A stretch of 64,000 bases of DNA from Eledone cirrhosa (taxonomy: Eukaryota), in assembly GCA_964016885.1 (NCBI GenBank), contig OZ024743.1:154132001-154196000 (forward strand), written 5' to 3'. Below, one piece after another: positions 51,001-63,600 of this stretch. Both the position numbers and the translations under genes were made by a program. The stretch's first letter is position 1. Every line of letters starts with the position of its first letter. Under the pieces are notes generated by a model. That model saw only the letters and a list, made by a program, of their open reading frames with translations, made no database searches and had not been told where the DNA came from.

Positions 51001-53886
51001 AGTTAAGCGGGCATTGACGGGAGCCATCGTTAACAACAAGTGGTGGTTTGCTCTGAAAAGAGCGATTCGAATAGAATCCATTAGGTTTTTTTAAGCTTTA
51101 GCAATAGAGAAAAATAGAGCAGAGAGAAAACTAGTTAGAAAATTAGACGAAGCGCTTAGCAAAGGCATCGGGACCGACGTGCTTGCGACGAATTGGCCCT
51201 TGACCAATTCTTCAATGCAAAGCACGAAGGCTGCGTTGTCAGAGCTAGGGTGCGTGCTCTCAGACACGAGGAGACGAAAGCCGTTCAATGGGCCCGAGTG
51301 GCGGATAGCGTCGTGGCAAGAAAGCCACGATCCGGTCTGTGGTGGGCCACGGTGGGCGCATGCTACTCGATCCCGGGCAAATGTGTGAAGCTATTCAGCG
51401 GCACTTCGTTCAGCTGTTCGGGGGCAGCGGTGGGCCGGTTCGAGGGATGGACTTTAGTGTCTACCTCGACGGACTGCCGCAGCTCTCGGCCACTGAGGCG
51501 GAGTGTTGCAAAAAGCCGACAACCACCGCTGAAGTACGGGAGGCAATGACTGGCTGCACAAGGGGTAAATCGCCTGTTTTGGATGGTCTGCCCTATGAAC
51601 TAAACGTACAGATGCCAGACTTGTTCGGAGGCCTCTTGGCGGACGTCTACTGCAACTGGAAACAGGACGGGAGAATTCCCAGCTCTGTGAGCCGAGGAGC
51701 GGAGGAACTGCTGAGAAAGGATCCGAACAAGGGGGATAACATAGATAATTTCAGGCCCATAACTCTGCTAAACACAGAGTTCAAGATTTTGGCCAAGGTG
51801 CTACCAAAGAGGTTGGCGCTTGTCGTTGGTGGTCTGGTGGGAGAGGCGCAGACATGCGCCATTCCTGACAGATCCGTCCACCACAACCTCCACCTCATGC
51901 GATACGTCGTAGAGAGGGTAGCTAGGGAACCTGGCACGGGTGGGTCCTTGATCAATTTAGATCAGTCGAACATATTCGATAGGGACGACCATCTATACCT
52001 AGCGGCAGTCCTGAGGGCGGTTGGCTTTGGGCTCGTCTTCAGATGCTGGATTGCTGCTATGCACAGCGACATCTGCTCTGTGGTGAGAGTGAACGGTCAC
52101 CTTTCGGAACCGTTCAACATCATGCGCTAGGTCCGCCAAGGATGTCCCCTCTCGTCACTCTTGTACGTATTGACTCTCGATCCATTACTGCACAAACTGG
52201 AGACGTTGAGGGGCGTCCCGCGCGAACTAGGATGCGGAAGATCCGTGTCAGCATATGCGGACGATGTCACCGTAGTGGTGTCGAACGCCAAACACATCGA
52301 GGCGATCGGCACTACATTAAGAGAATACGAAGCGGTGACAGGAGTAATGATCAATCAGGAAAAGTCAATGGGCCTGCAGCTCGGCGCCTGGAGAGGCAGG
52401 TCCATGCCGTTCACCAGCGTCGTCGGACGCTGGATGGACGGACCGGTTAAATTGCTCGGGGTCTGTTTCGATCCGGACCTCCAGACGGACAAAAACTGGG
52501 ACGAGGTGACGAGCAGGGTGACTTCTCTCACCCAGAAATTGGTGGAGAAGAAGCTATCCCTGAAAGGTCGGGCGAGGTGGCTAAGGCGTATATCGCGTCT
52601 GTCATCTGCTACCAACTGACCGTCGTACCTTGTCCTAAGCCCCGCCTGACTGCGCTGGAGCGTTTGCTCTTTCGTTTTTTGTGGAAAGGACGCGCTCCGA
52701 TGGTCAGGGGGTCCATCTCTTGTCAACACTCGCTACGTGCAGGGCTGGGCATGCCGCGGCTGATGATGCGCAGACACGCGCTCAGGCTACGACATCTCCA
52801 CCTCTTCCTCGACGGTGATCAGGTGTGGTCGCCGTTTGCTAGACACGTATTTCCCCAGCTCGTTTCCTTGACGGAGCTGCAGTCCTGGGTCAAGCGAAGA
52901 CCGAGAGGGAGCGCCTGGAGACTGGAATGTCGTCAGCCACTCACAGCCCTCGACCAATCGGGCAATGTGATCGGTGGAAACTCCACCTCGGCGTTCTATA
53001 GAGGATTAGTGGAGGGAGGAGCGACTACGTACTTGGGGAAACTCTAGGCGTCGACGAAAATCAACTAGCCAATCTCTTCGGAAGTACTTTCGGGCCGGGA
53101 CCTATGGACAACTTCCAGAAATCTCTGGCCTGGCAGTGCTACCGAAGAGCCTTGCCAGTTCGTGATAAACTCTACAGGCATGTAGGTGCCGTCAGCCGGG
53201 TATGTCCGAGATGCGCGCAGGGCGACGAAACCGTCCTGCACACACTCGTCCAGTGTCCGAAAATTGCTGACTTGTGGGTTTATGTCGAACACCTGCTGTC
53301 GGATGTAGGACGGATCCGGCTATCATCTGAGTCCATCGTGAGGATTGTCCCGCCCTCTTCCTTTAGCCGTGAAGGGCAGGTAGTTTTTATCTGTCTGGTG
53401 GCCATGGCGAAGGAGATAGTATGGTAGACACGTTTGAAAGGGCTGAAGACGAGCACTTACCTTTTCGGTGATACCCTGATTGACCTTTTCAAATTTCATT
53501 TGAAAAGGAAAGTCAGGGTAGAGAGGGAAGTGCTCTCTTCCCAGCATTTTGTTGAAAGATGGGTGAGAGAAGCAAGAATGGCCCGAGTGAATGGGCCTAC
53601 TCTGTGTACGTATCTGTAAATTAAAGGTGTAAAACTGGGAGAGGGCACTTACCTTGGTGGTCAGGGTCACTGTGGCCTTTTACTGGTCTTTCTCCACAAA
53701 TGTCCCTCCGAAGTCTCCCCCCTATTGGGGAATTTTTCATTTTTATTTTTTGTTACGTTCTCTGTTTTTGTTTTTTTACACGCAGAAATGCCCATTTGTA
53801 CCGTCCTGTATTGTCCTGCACTGTCCTTAATGTCTACTTTATGTAAACCCTTGTGGTTAATAAAGAAATCATTATTATTATTATTA
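48045..53886 (+). mobile_element. Tx1/L1-clade LINE copy B, near full length, inactivated
   Basis: ORF1 from 48258 with CCHC-like knuckle (RPR*LVCGEGTHLRAFCP). ORF2 ~50205-53619 with SINARGL, ISETR, FRPITLLNTEFKILAK, AYADD, CPRC..ETVLH..C. (ATT)n on both sides. Confidence 0.92.
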
Positions 53887-53887
53887 A

Positions 53888-54108
53888 TGGTGGATTGGCA
53901 ATATTGGTAGAGTGTCGGATGCCATGCTTTGGCGCATAGAGTTACGGCCCTTGCCATTCTGAGTTCAAATTCCGCCGAAGTTAACTTTGCTTTTCATCCT
54001 TACGGGGTCGATAAAATAAAGTACCAGTAATACATTGGGTAATTTCTGGCTTTGTGCCTAACGTAGAAACAATTATTATTATTATTATTCTTACTATTAT
54101 TATTACTT
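53888..54108 (+). mobile_element. Full-length SINE (OK/OR-like) with (ATT)n tail
   Basis: TGGTGGATTGGCA head, B-box GAGTTCAAATTCC, GTAGAAACAATTATT end. Confidence 0.9.
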
Positions 54109-54124
54109 TTTTTTTTCCAATTCA

Positions 54125-56377
54125 ATGATGTTCCAGAACACTATTAAAGAGATAATTGGCAATTTAGGTTCTGGAACAAAACAGATAATTGGCAATAAGG
54201 GCAGGGGCCCCAGGCTATCACAGCCTCGGCCCGCTCGTCATCGTGCCATTGTAGTAGATCCAAACAAGGCATTTAGTCTTGGATGCTGGAATGTACGGAT
54301 GCTGCTTGACAGGGATTCTTTGGAGCGTCCTGAACGAAGGACCGCTCTTGTAGCAAAGGTGCTTCGAGTTGCTATCTTGACATCGTGGCTTTATCTGAGA
54401 CGAGGTTAGCTGGAGAATATTATTTCTTTATTAACCACAAGGGTTTACATAAAGTAGACAGAATTTTGTGGAGAATATACATTCTTCTGGAAAGGAAGAG
54501 ATGAAGGAACCAGAAGAGAGGCTGGGGTAGGATTTGCTGTTAAGACTGTTCTTGTGAATAAATTAGAAGAATTCCCAGTAGGGATTATTGAGCGTCTTAT
54601 GTCCATGAGAATTCCGCTGGACAAAGGAAGATATGCGACCCTGGTGAGTGTGTATACTCCAACTATGAATTCTGTCGATGAAGAAAAAGTGTCCTTTTAC
54701 CATGCCTTGAAAGGTTTTTTTAGAAATATCCCTCTGGCAGACAAAGTCATCGTGCTTGGTGACTTTAATGCTAGAGTGGGTAGGGATTTTAACACATGGA
54801 ATGTAATCGGAAGGCATGGGTAGGAAAGTGTAACAACAATAGTATGCTCCTGCTGCAGATGTGTGAGGAGCTGTATCTGTGTGTTACCAACACCATGCTC
54901 CAACAAAAGAACAAATTCAAGACCACATGGATGCATCCTGCATCTAAGGAATGGCATCTTTTGGACTACATCCTAGTCAGGATGCGTTACAGACAGGATG
55001 TGCAGTGTGTTCGTGCTCTTCGTGGAGCTGAGTACTGGTCGGACCACCGCCTGGTACGCGCAAAAGTGAAACTAATCACTAAATCTAAAATCCGGGCTCC
55101 TGGTGTTGCCCTGCCCAAAAGATTGAATGCTGCTCGTCTTAAGGATAAAAATGTGAAGAGGACATTGGAAGAAGAGATGCAGGCTGCATATCTTGGTGAT
55201 GATTGGCCGACCCTTAAAAAGTAGGTTTATGATGTAGGCAGGCGTGTTCTGGGATTGGTGCAGAGGAAACATCAGGACTGGTTTAATGAGAATGATGTTC
55301 ATATAGAAGACTTGTTGGCTGATAAGAGGCATGCTCTGTCACGCTACTTGACGGAAAAGCCACAGGAGAGGAATACATTGCATGAGGAACTCAACGATGT
55401 AAAATCATGTGTTAGGCGGAGTTTTTCTCAGATGAAGGATTAGTGGTTGAGTGAGAAGGGTGGTGAGATACAAACTGCGTCAGATTCCAATAACACAAAG
55501 CTGTTAACAGTCTCTTGCGTGAGGTTTATGGACCGTCTTCTTCTCTGGTGACACCGCTTCGCAGCAAGGATGGCAAATAACTTATTCGTGACTCACTAGG
55601 AATTCTCCGAAGGTGGCGAGAGCACTTTGATGATCTTTTTAATCAGCCGTCTGTCGTCAGTGAAGATTTCCTCAATCTCATTCCGGAAAGTACTGTGAAA
55701 GTAGCTCTCGCAGAACCTCCGACGCATGTGGAGGTTGCAGTGGCTATATCGAAGCTGAACAGTGGAAGGTCTCCAGGTATGGATGCCATACATGCTGAGC
55801 TCCTACAATATGGTGGTGAGAGACTCCTGCAACATCTTCACTCTTTGTTTGACGGGATATGGCCTAATGAATCCGTACCTGAGGACTGGAGAGATGCAGT
55901 AATGGTGATCTTGTACAAGGGAAAGGGTAACTGGTATATCATTGCTTTCTGTCGTAGGGAAAGTTTTATCTAGGGTGCTTCTGGACCGTCTGCTGACACA
56001 CATTGCAGATTGTGATCTTCCTGAAAGTCAATCTGGTGTTCGTGGTGGACGCGGCACTACTGATATGATCTTCTCAGCTAGACAGCTCCAGGAGAAGTGC
56101 ATGGAACAAGGTTTGGATCTGTATTAGGTTTTTGTCGATCTGACAAAAGCTTTCGATACTGTTAACAGAGGTGCATTATGGAAGGTTCTCCAGAAGCTTG
56201 GTTGCCCTGATAAGTTCCTTGCTTTAGTTAGGTCTTTCCATGACGACATGAAGGCGTGGGTTAATGTCGGAGGTAACATGTTGGAGCCCATCTCAGTAAA
56301 AAATGGAGTGAAACAGGGGGATATTCCAGCACCGACCCTGTTTGCCATATACTTTGCAATGGTTTTCTGTATTGCAT
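54125..56377 (+). mobile_element. RTE-clade LINE, 5' part (APE + N-terminal RT), 3'-truncated
   Basis: GCWNVRMLLD..RPERRTALVA, LGDFNARVG, TTWMHP.SKEWHLLDY, WSDHRLV, RGTTDMIFSARQLQEKC, GVKQG..APTLF. Confidence 0.92.
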
Positions 56378-57380
56378 TCAGGATTTGCGAGCTAGTTCTT
56401 CGGGGTTGCAAATGCGGGACACGTTTCTCATCACCCGTACCAAATCCGCAATCAGTATGTTGATTTTGGTGTGATCCGAAACAGTTGAGTTTCGGTGGAT
56501 CATATATTTGGAAGTAATGGGTTTGGCATAATGGGAATGGAGGATTTGTTTTGTGTTATTAATGGTTTCTAACCAGAGATCTGTGTCTAGTACAGGTAAT
56601 CGATGGTTGGGGTGTTTTCTTGGGTAGTCTATAGTAATTCTAATACTCTGGTGGATGGAGTTAGCTAATTGCTGGATGCTTTCCATTGTGTTTTTCTATA
56701 ATTCCTGACTGTTCTCTAGTGGGCGTCTTTTTACTACAATGTTTATATCATCAACGTATCGGGAGTACATTATCAGGGTTAAGAGGTTGATGTTTTCTAA
56801 TTGTTCTCTAAATTTAAGTTTATTGGCCCACCATACCATAAATAGGTTAGCTGTGTCACCTGCAACACCAGGGGCTGCTCCCTCCTCTTGGGCATATGTT
56901 TTTCAATTAAATTTGAACATATGTTCCTTAAGGGTTAGTTTTATACTGGCCCAAACCGCATGTGCAATCATTTTCTTTAGTTCATCGTGGTTTTCGGGGG
57001 TCCGTATGGCTCTGGTCCACCCGTTCCATCTTTCTGTGTGGGTTTTCTTGGCCATTGAAGTAATGGTAGGTGGTCTGCCTCTTGCTGGTCCTTTAGGGCA
57101 CAGTTTGCTAAGGTCATATGTATCTAGATAAACATTACTATAGGTAAGTTTAAGTAGGAGTCCCAGCTCACTGGTATCAATCTCATGGAATTCAACATTG
57201 CTCTCACTGATGATTTCTACGCATTTCTCCACAGCAAAATCCACCTCAATGGATGGATATAGGGACACAACATCCATACTACCTATTATATAGTCTGTTA
57301 GGTCCCTAGATCGGTTATTTTCGCTGAGTCTGCTGAGGAGGTCCTCCGTGGTGTCCAATATATCTAGGGACATTTCAATT
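56378..57380 (-). mobile_element. Penelope-like RT fragment of a different lineage from the Naiad-like copies
   Basis: IIGSMDVVSLYPSI, SRYVDD, DYP..HPNHRLPVLDTDLW, HSHYAKPITSK. Confidence 0.8.
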
Positions 57381-57850
57381 GAGCACCATAAATTGAATAG
57401 TATAGGCTGCCATCTCTAGCAGATTGTTCTGTTCATGCCACCGGTTAGTGCCTCGCTCACGTATTTCCCTTACATCTACATGTGCGAAAGGTAGTTTACT
57501 TTAGTTCTCTCTAGTAGTGCGGACAATATCGGCCTTCCACTTGCTGATGCCCACAGGGCCGACTTGGAATCCACTTGAATGGCGAAACATTCTCTTGGTG
57601 AGTATGTACATGTGTGACCTAGGTATGAGGTTGGTTTCTCATTTTAATTTATATTTTTAATTTTAATGTTTTTCCTATGCCACTATTAGCTTATATTCTC
57701 TTCACAATGGTGGTTTGAAATTCCAGTAAAGAAAAACACACTCTTCTGTGCCTTTCCCCTCTATATATTGTATTTTAAAGTGCCCATGAAAAAGCCTTTG
57801 AGCTCATTTAATTACAGGATTCATGCCCGTCCTTTGGTCCGTTATTTTAC

Positions 57851-57866
57851 TATATATAAATGTATG

Positions 57867-57899
<33 letters not shown>

Positions 57900-57926
57900 G
57901 TATATGTATATATATATAAATATATG

Positions 57927-58017
<91 letters not shown>

Positions 58018-58032
58018 GTATGTATATCAATT

Positions 58033-58093
<61 letters not shown>

Positions 58094-58172
58094 ATATATA
58101 TGTATATATATTTATGTCTAAATATGTGTATATATATATATATATGTATATATACATGTATATACATGTATG

Positions 58173-58203
<31 letters not shown>

Positions 58204-58340
58204 GTATATATAGATGTATGTATATATATATATGTATATATATGTATTTATATATATACATATATTTACATATATATATATGTACATATATGTCTATATG
58301 TATGTATATATATTTATATATATATATATGTATATATATA
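57851..58340. repeat. Long degenerate (TA)n/(TATG)n tract
   Basis: Directly visible. Source of the spurious YIYI ORFs. Confidence 0.95.
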
Positions 58341-58474
58341 TTAATTAGTGTATGTGTTTGTTCATCACCGACACAAGGGCAGATCACCCGAATAATTAAA
58401 CACGTGGGTCTGTTTATTCCGGCGTTTATTCATAACCATGAAATACATGTGAAACCTCGTTTATTCCTAAATTT

Positions 58475-58529
58475 TGTTATATATATTTCGGTGATAACCG
58501 TTATGTCACAGTTATGACCTCATCAGACA
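58475..58529 (-). ncRNA. Minimal hammerhead ribozyme in a solo pLTR-like fragment (~58345-58643)
   Basis: TGT-CTGATGA-GGTcATAACTGTgacataACGGTTATcACC-GAAAT-ATAT-ATA-ACA. Confidence 0.8.
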
Positions 58530-58644
58530 GACAGACATTGAAGAGAACTTACAATAAAGAAGAAATAAGGTTTACTTCTGTTGGTTCGATTCATTGATAT
58601 GCCCCGGCCTGATATTTGGTCTTACTTATCAAACCTCCGCTGAT

Positions 58645-58689
<45 letters not shown>

Positions 58690-58882
58690 ACGAAGGAAAT
58701 ATGGTAAGGCACCAGGTGGACCAAAACGCACCAAAGTACTCGATACTTAGGGTAGTATAGTGGGTAATAGGTACGAGTAGGTCCCCGACGGCTGAGCTCA
58801 AGCCGTTTCGACGGCTAATTCTGGCCAGAATCAGCCGTCGAAACGGCTTGAGCTCAGCCGTCGGGATCCTACTCGTTCCTAT
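58690..58882. mobile_element. Fold-back mini-element in (TA)n carrying the 3' half of a hammerhead in each arm
   Basis: Inverted arms 58767-58882 centred on TGGCCA. GAAAC-GGCTTGAGCTCAGCC-GTC in each arm. Confidence 0.8.
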
Positions 58883-58965
<83 letters not shown>

Positions 58966-59065
58966 TTGATCAGAGGTATATCTAGAGGAGTTCCAGTGAA
59001 GCCCGTCACACAATTTAGACAAAACTCTACTAATGAAATTATACATGGTAGCTGGGAAAGGAATA

Positions 59066-59254
59066 TAATAATTGTTTCTACTTTAGGCACAAGGCCAGCA
59101 ATTACCCAGTGCATTACTGGTACTTTATTTTATCGACCCCGTAAGGATGAAAGGCAAAGTCAAGCTCGGCGGGATTTGAACTCAGATCGTAAAGGGACGT
59201 AACTATGCTGGAAAGCATGGCGTCCGACCCTCTACTGATACTGCCAATCCACCG
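59066..59254 (-). mobile_element. Full-length SINE (OK/OR-like)
   Basis: Near-identical to 4487-4672. Confidence 0.9.
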
Positions 59255-60987
59255 TAATAATGAATATAAGAGTGTTCTGAAGCACATTTTCTCTGATAGA
59301 GTAGAAAGTGTCATTAAAGATTGTGATTTCTCCCTCAGGTCATTAGCCTCACGTTACTAATTATCAGATAGATGTCTGAATCCTAATTAGACACCTTTAA
59401 CAGAATGATATTATGCCAGGTTTTAGTATCACTTGTTAATGTCAAAGCCATAGATATTGCCTTCAATGATGTATTCTTTGGCAATGCCCATCGGTTGGAG
59501 TCTACACAGTGAATTCGCCTTTATGAAAACCATAATACGGCGGAATACATCTTTGAATTAATAAAAGTGTCTAGTTTTTCTGCTTTATTCCCATTATCAT
59601 TCCTCATGGGGTTCTTTCCTCAAGCGGGATGTACTCCCTCAATTTTGGGAAGAAAAGCAGTAGCTAAGAGATTAAGGAATCAATGGCGACCAACACAAAC
59701 ATAAGCGGTCTGTAAAATCCCAGTATTTGCCATATATTGTATGTTACATACCAACGGAAGAATATTTTTATGACTCTGCTACCTACTAGCCATGCGATTA
59801 TACTCCAGAATATTTAGATACAGTGGGTGTTGTTGGCTGTTTTCGATGGTAATGCTTTCGTCTTCTTATTTGTGGGGTTCAATAACCACTTCCATTTTTC
59901 TATCATTTCTTTCCCAACCCCCTTTTCAGTTTCCTTCTATTCCTCTTTATTATTTTACTCCTTTAAAGAATAGCTTTCATCATAGAATATTAGTGTTTAA
60001 CAAAAGATTATTTTATTCATTCTTATTTGGTATATCGATAAATATTCACAAAGTCGAAAAGGCTAGTATGGGCGAGAGTCATATAAACTAAGAGTGATGG
60101 TTGGAGCACCTTATTGGGCTTACATACTAGACAATGAGTTATTAGTCATATTGCTTACATGGAATAAGATATACATTCTCTCTTCTGTAATTAGTAGTAT
60201 TTGGAGTTACGACTGCAAGCTAAAAAACATGAAACATTCAACCTCATTATACATTAACTACAACACAACTGAATTTTTCTATGTCTACCTGCATTGGGGA
60301 ATTATCTATACTCATGGCACATATAAACAAATTGCTGACAGTGCTATTGTGAGATAAATAGCTACGTCAGTGATACCAAAAAACTGGATTCTATCATCGA
60401 AATGTGCTGAAATATTCATTTCAATGGCATTGTATAATGACCCCTGCCTCAGTGGCTATACAAATAAACACGTAGAAGTTATTACACACAAATGAATTAA
60501 AACTTGAAGAAATAACGTTAATACCAATTCACTTGAGAGAAGAAAAATATACATGAAATTAAATAAAGTCCTGATTCACTAGAAATAATAACAAAACAAA
60601 CAAATTGACATGAATGGAAATGATAAAAATCCCGTTATTTACAAAGTAACCCATGCGATAACTAAAGCAACTTTGACAATAGACTCATCTGTGGAAACCA
60701 AATTCAATTCAAACAAATATCAACGAGAAATAAATAAGGAATATGCCAATCACATTTAGTATCAGAAACCCATGAAATAAATAATTTAATCAAATAAAAC
60801 AAAATACGCCATAACAAATTACAGAAACGGAACTTCTGCAAGCTATAATCAAGAAAAAAAATTAATAACAGGAATAGTTATACTTGAATATATACATTTT
60901 ACGGTCATTTTATGAAACACATGCATAGGCCATTAAGTGATATACATTAGCGAAAGTTTTAATAAAATTAGGAGTCATATCGCACTG

Positions 60988-61322
60988 TGAAAGCGCATGG
61001 CTTAGTGGTTAGAGGATTGGGCTAGTAATCAAAAGGTTGTGAGTTTGATTCTCCGACAGGATGATGCGTTGTGTTCCGGAGCAAGACCCATTATTTCACA
61101 TTGTTCCAGTTTACTCAGCTCCAGAAATCAGTTCCGACATCACTGGTGTCATGCTGCATCGGCCATTGCTTTTTCCTTGGACATCATCAGTGGCGTGGAG
61201 AGGGGAGACTCGTATGCATGGTGACTGCTGGTTTTCCTCAAACAACCTTGCTCGGACTTGTGCCTCGGAGGGAAACTTTCTAGGTGCAAAACACATGGCC
61301 ATTCGTGACTGAAGTGGGTTTT
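60988..61322 (+). mobile_element. Second tRNA-derived SINE family with CORE-like central domain and RTE-like tail
   Basis: A-box TGGCTTAGTGG, B-box-like GAGTTTGATTCTC, GTTGTGTTCCGGAGCAAGAC core. Second copy at 62356-62625. Confidence 0.8.
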
Positions 61323-61899
61323 CGAATATCGTACTGTAAATAGATATTTCATGCCAGTCATTAAAGACATAATACATATTTCAACCCTAAAATAAAATCT
61401 AAGAATAAAATATATAGAGGGATGATAAACTTATTATTAAATTTAAATAAACTTCAACCAGATGTGCAGAGCAGAGCGGTTAACAATCTGCCACACCACT
61501 GCAGATTGCAATGTCTACTAAATTAAAGTGCGTTTTGCCAGAAAATAGGTCTAGCCTTACTGGCATCATTTATAAAACTAATGACAACTTTTCTAGCTTT
61601 TCATACATTCAGAAACATATATTTTTAAGATACCTTCAATAATTTAATATTCTTAAATGATTATGCCAACATTCAAAACAAAGCCTTTAAGAACAAACAA
61701 AAACTGAGATGATCTAGAGTAGTTATATGGCAAATTTATTTACTACCATTTGTATTATACTAATTATCTAAACTAAAGCAATGTATGAAGAGGTTGAGTC
61801 GTCTGTCTCATATTGTTAATACTAGATAGCAGAAAGATGAACAATATTTCCTACATAATGAGTCGATTAAATAAGACCTTTATTCCCGAGGCAAATTGA

Positions 61900-62300
61900 T
61901 CAAATCAGTTAACACCAAATCACGATACAAACGCTGATGAGAGTTACATCCAATACAGAGTAAACATAAAATAATGGAGATGTTACCAAAGGACGTCTAG
62001 AATAACCCCTGGACGGACAAAATATAATGATTCGATGGAATAAACTAGAGGCTACAAAAGATTCAAAGAATATCCATATTAATAAGAAAGTAAGGTTAAC
62101 ATATGTGGAATTTACGTATCATGATAGCTAAAGATTGACTTGAATGGCTATGTAGTTTTGGCATACAACAAAACTTGGATTAAATTTTTGAAACAACCTC
62201 AAAGCATCTCTCCACATCCGTTATACAAACGATATAAAATATATCAGCAGAAATAGGAACACTATAACTACAAAGAACAAGTAAGAAATTATACACACGA
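61900..62300 (+). mobile_element. Decayed RTE 3' fragment
   Basis: MEM..R..RI.WTDK-like motif read across frameshifts. Confidence 0.35.
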
Positions 62301-62355
62301 GAAAACCAGAAATACATTATATATGGTTAGAACTTTGGACTGATTTTGCTATAAA

Positions 62356-62625
62356 TATTCCCCGACAGGGCCTTGAGCAAACACTCGATTTCATGTTGCT
62401 CTAGTTTACTCAGCTGTAAAAAGGAGTAGTGACCTCACAGGTGCTAAGCTGTACCTGTCTTTCCCTCTCTGTTGACAACATCGGTAGCGTGTAGAGGGCA
62501 GATTGGTATGCATAGGCGACTGATGATCGTCCTTAAAAACACATTGTCCGGTCTTTTTGCTCGGAGGGGACATTTCTTGGTGCAAAACCCGTGGTCATTC
62601 GTGACAGAATGGTATTTTACACATT
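62356..62625 (+). mobile_element. Second copy of the 60988 SINE family
   Basis: CCAGTTTACTCAGCT-like core and GGTGCAAAAC..TGG.CATTCGTGAC tail shared. Confidence 0.75.
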
Positions 62626-63289
62626 TACATGTGATATGAATAATGCGAACGATCTAAATGACCTGCTTAGACAATTATTGAAATACCTTGGATGTGTTGC
62701 TCTAAACTAGGTTTTAACTAAAATGTAATCTTAAAATAAGATGATAAAATAAAAAAAAATATCTTTTGAATTAGATTGCTGCATATAAGTTGAGTTTGAA
62801 GAAACAATTAGAATACTATATTGTGGTCGAAGTCAAATACATTCGTAAACAGAATACAATATTTATCATAAACTTAGAATAAATTTTGCAGTAAGTTATA
62901 GATAAATATGATCTTATGGAGCACGAAGCTAATCCAATTAATTCGTTCCTCCTTATAGATGATATAGCATATTTGGTTATACAGATTGAAGCCCTAATAC
63001 AGATTGAAGCCCTAATTTGCATTGTCTATGCCTACTTGATGATTCCTGATACCTGTTTTCACCATTTCTATTTTATATATGAGGGAATACATAACAGAGA
63101 CCAGCAGCCATGGGTAGGTAGCAATACAATATGGAAAATAATCATTAATAAAAATTCTATCCATTCTGTTAAATTTCTACAGTATTACCAAATCAATAAT
63201 GTTTCAAAATTACTCAGAATTATAGGAAAATCTATCTTCTTCTTCCTTGTGATTTATGTGTAAGCTTACTGCCACCTGGCGTTGCCTAC

Positions 63290-63600
63290 AAACTATGACC
63301 ATTGATTCTTCCCTTAGACATTCTCACTACATCCCTGTAGTGCATACGGAAAAGTAGTAGCTTTATCTGGAGCGATTTCCTGATCTCCTATCAAGTAATG
63401 TTACTTCGAACCTCTTCATACAAGATTCAGAATCTATACGCATCACATATCCATACCCGTGCAGCCTTATCTCTCACAAACTACATGCGGTTCATTTTCT
63501 AATCAGCTTTTCTTTCAAGTTATCCAAGCTTTGTCATTTCGCCCCATTAACCCTGCATATCAATCGGAGTACGCCATCTTAATTTTTCCCCAGAAATAAA
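63290..63600 (-). mobile_element. Decayed RTE 3' fragment
   Basis: RLHGYGYVMRIDSESCMKR resembles RLRWYGHVMRM. Confidence 0.5.

Noticed and set aside
5490-56377. RTE 3' part (5490-6735) and RTE 5' part (54125-56377) as one split insertion
   Set aside because: They are in the wrong order on the same strand and do not overlap. At most they belong to the same family.
57823-58517. YIYI/VCVC/THTH ORFs here and throughout the window
   Set aside because: Translations of TA, TG and CA microsatellites.
60988-61065. tRNA gene
   Set aside because: The A/B boxes run into a SINE body repeated at 62356, and no full cloverleaf forms.
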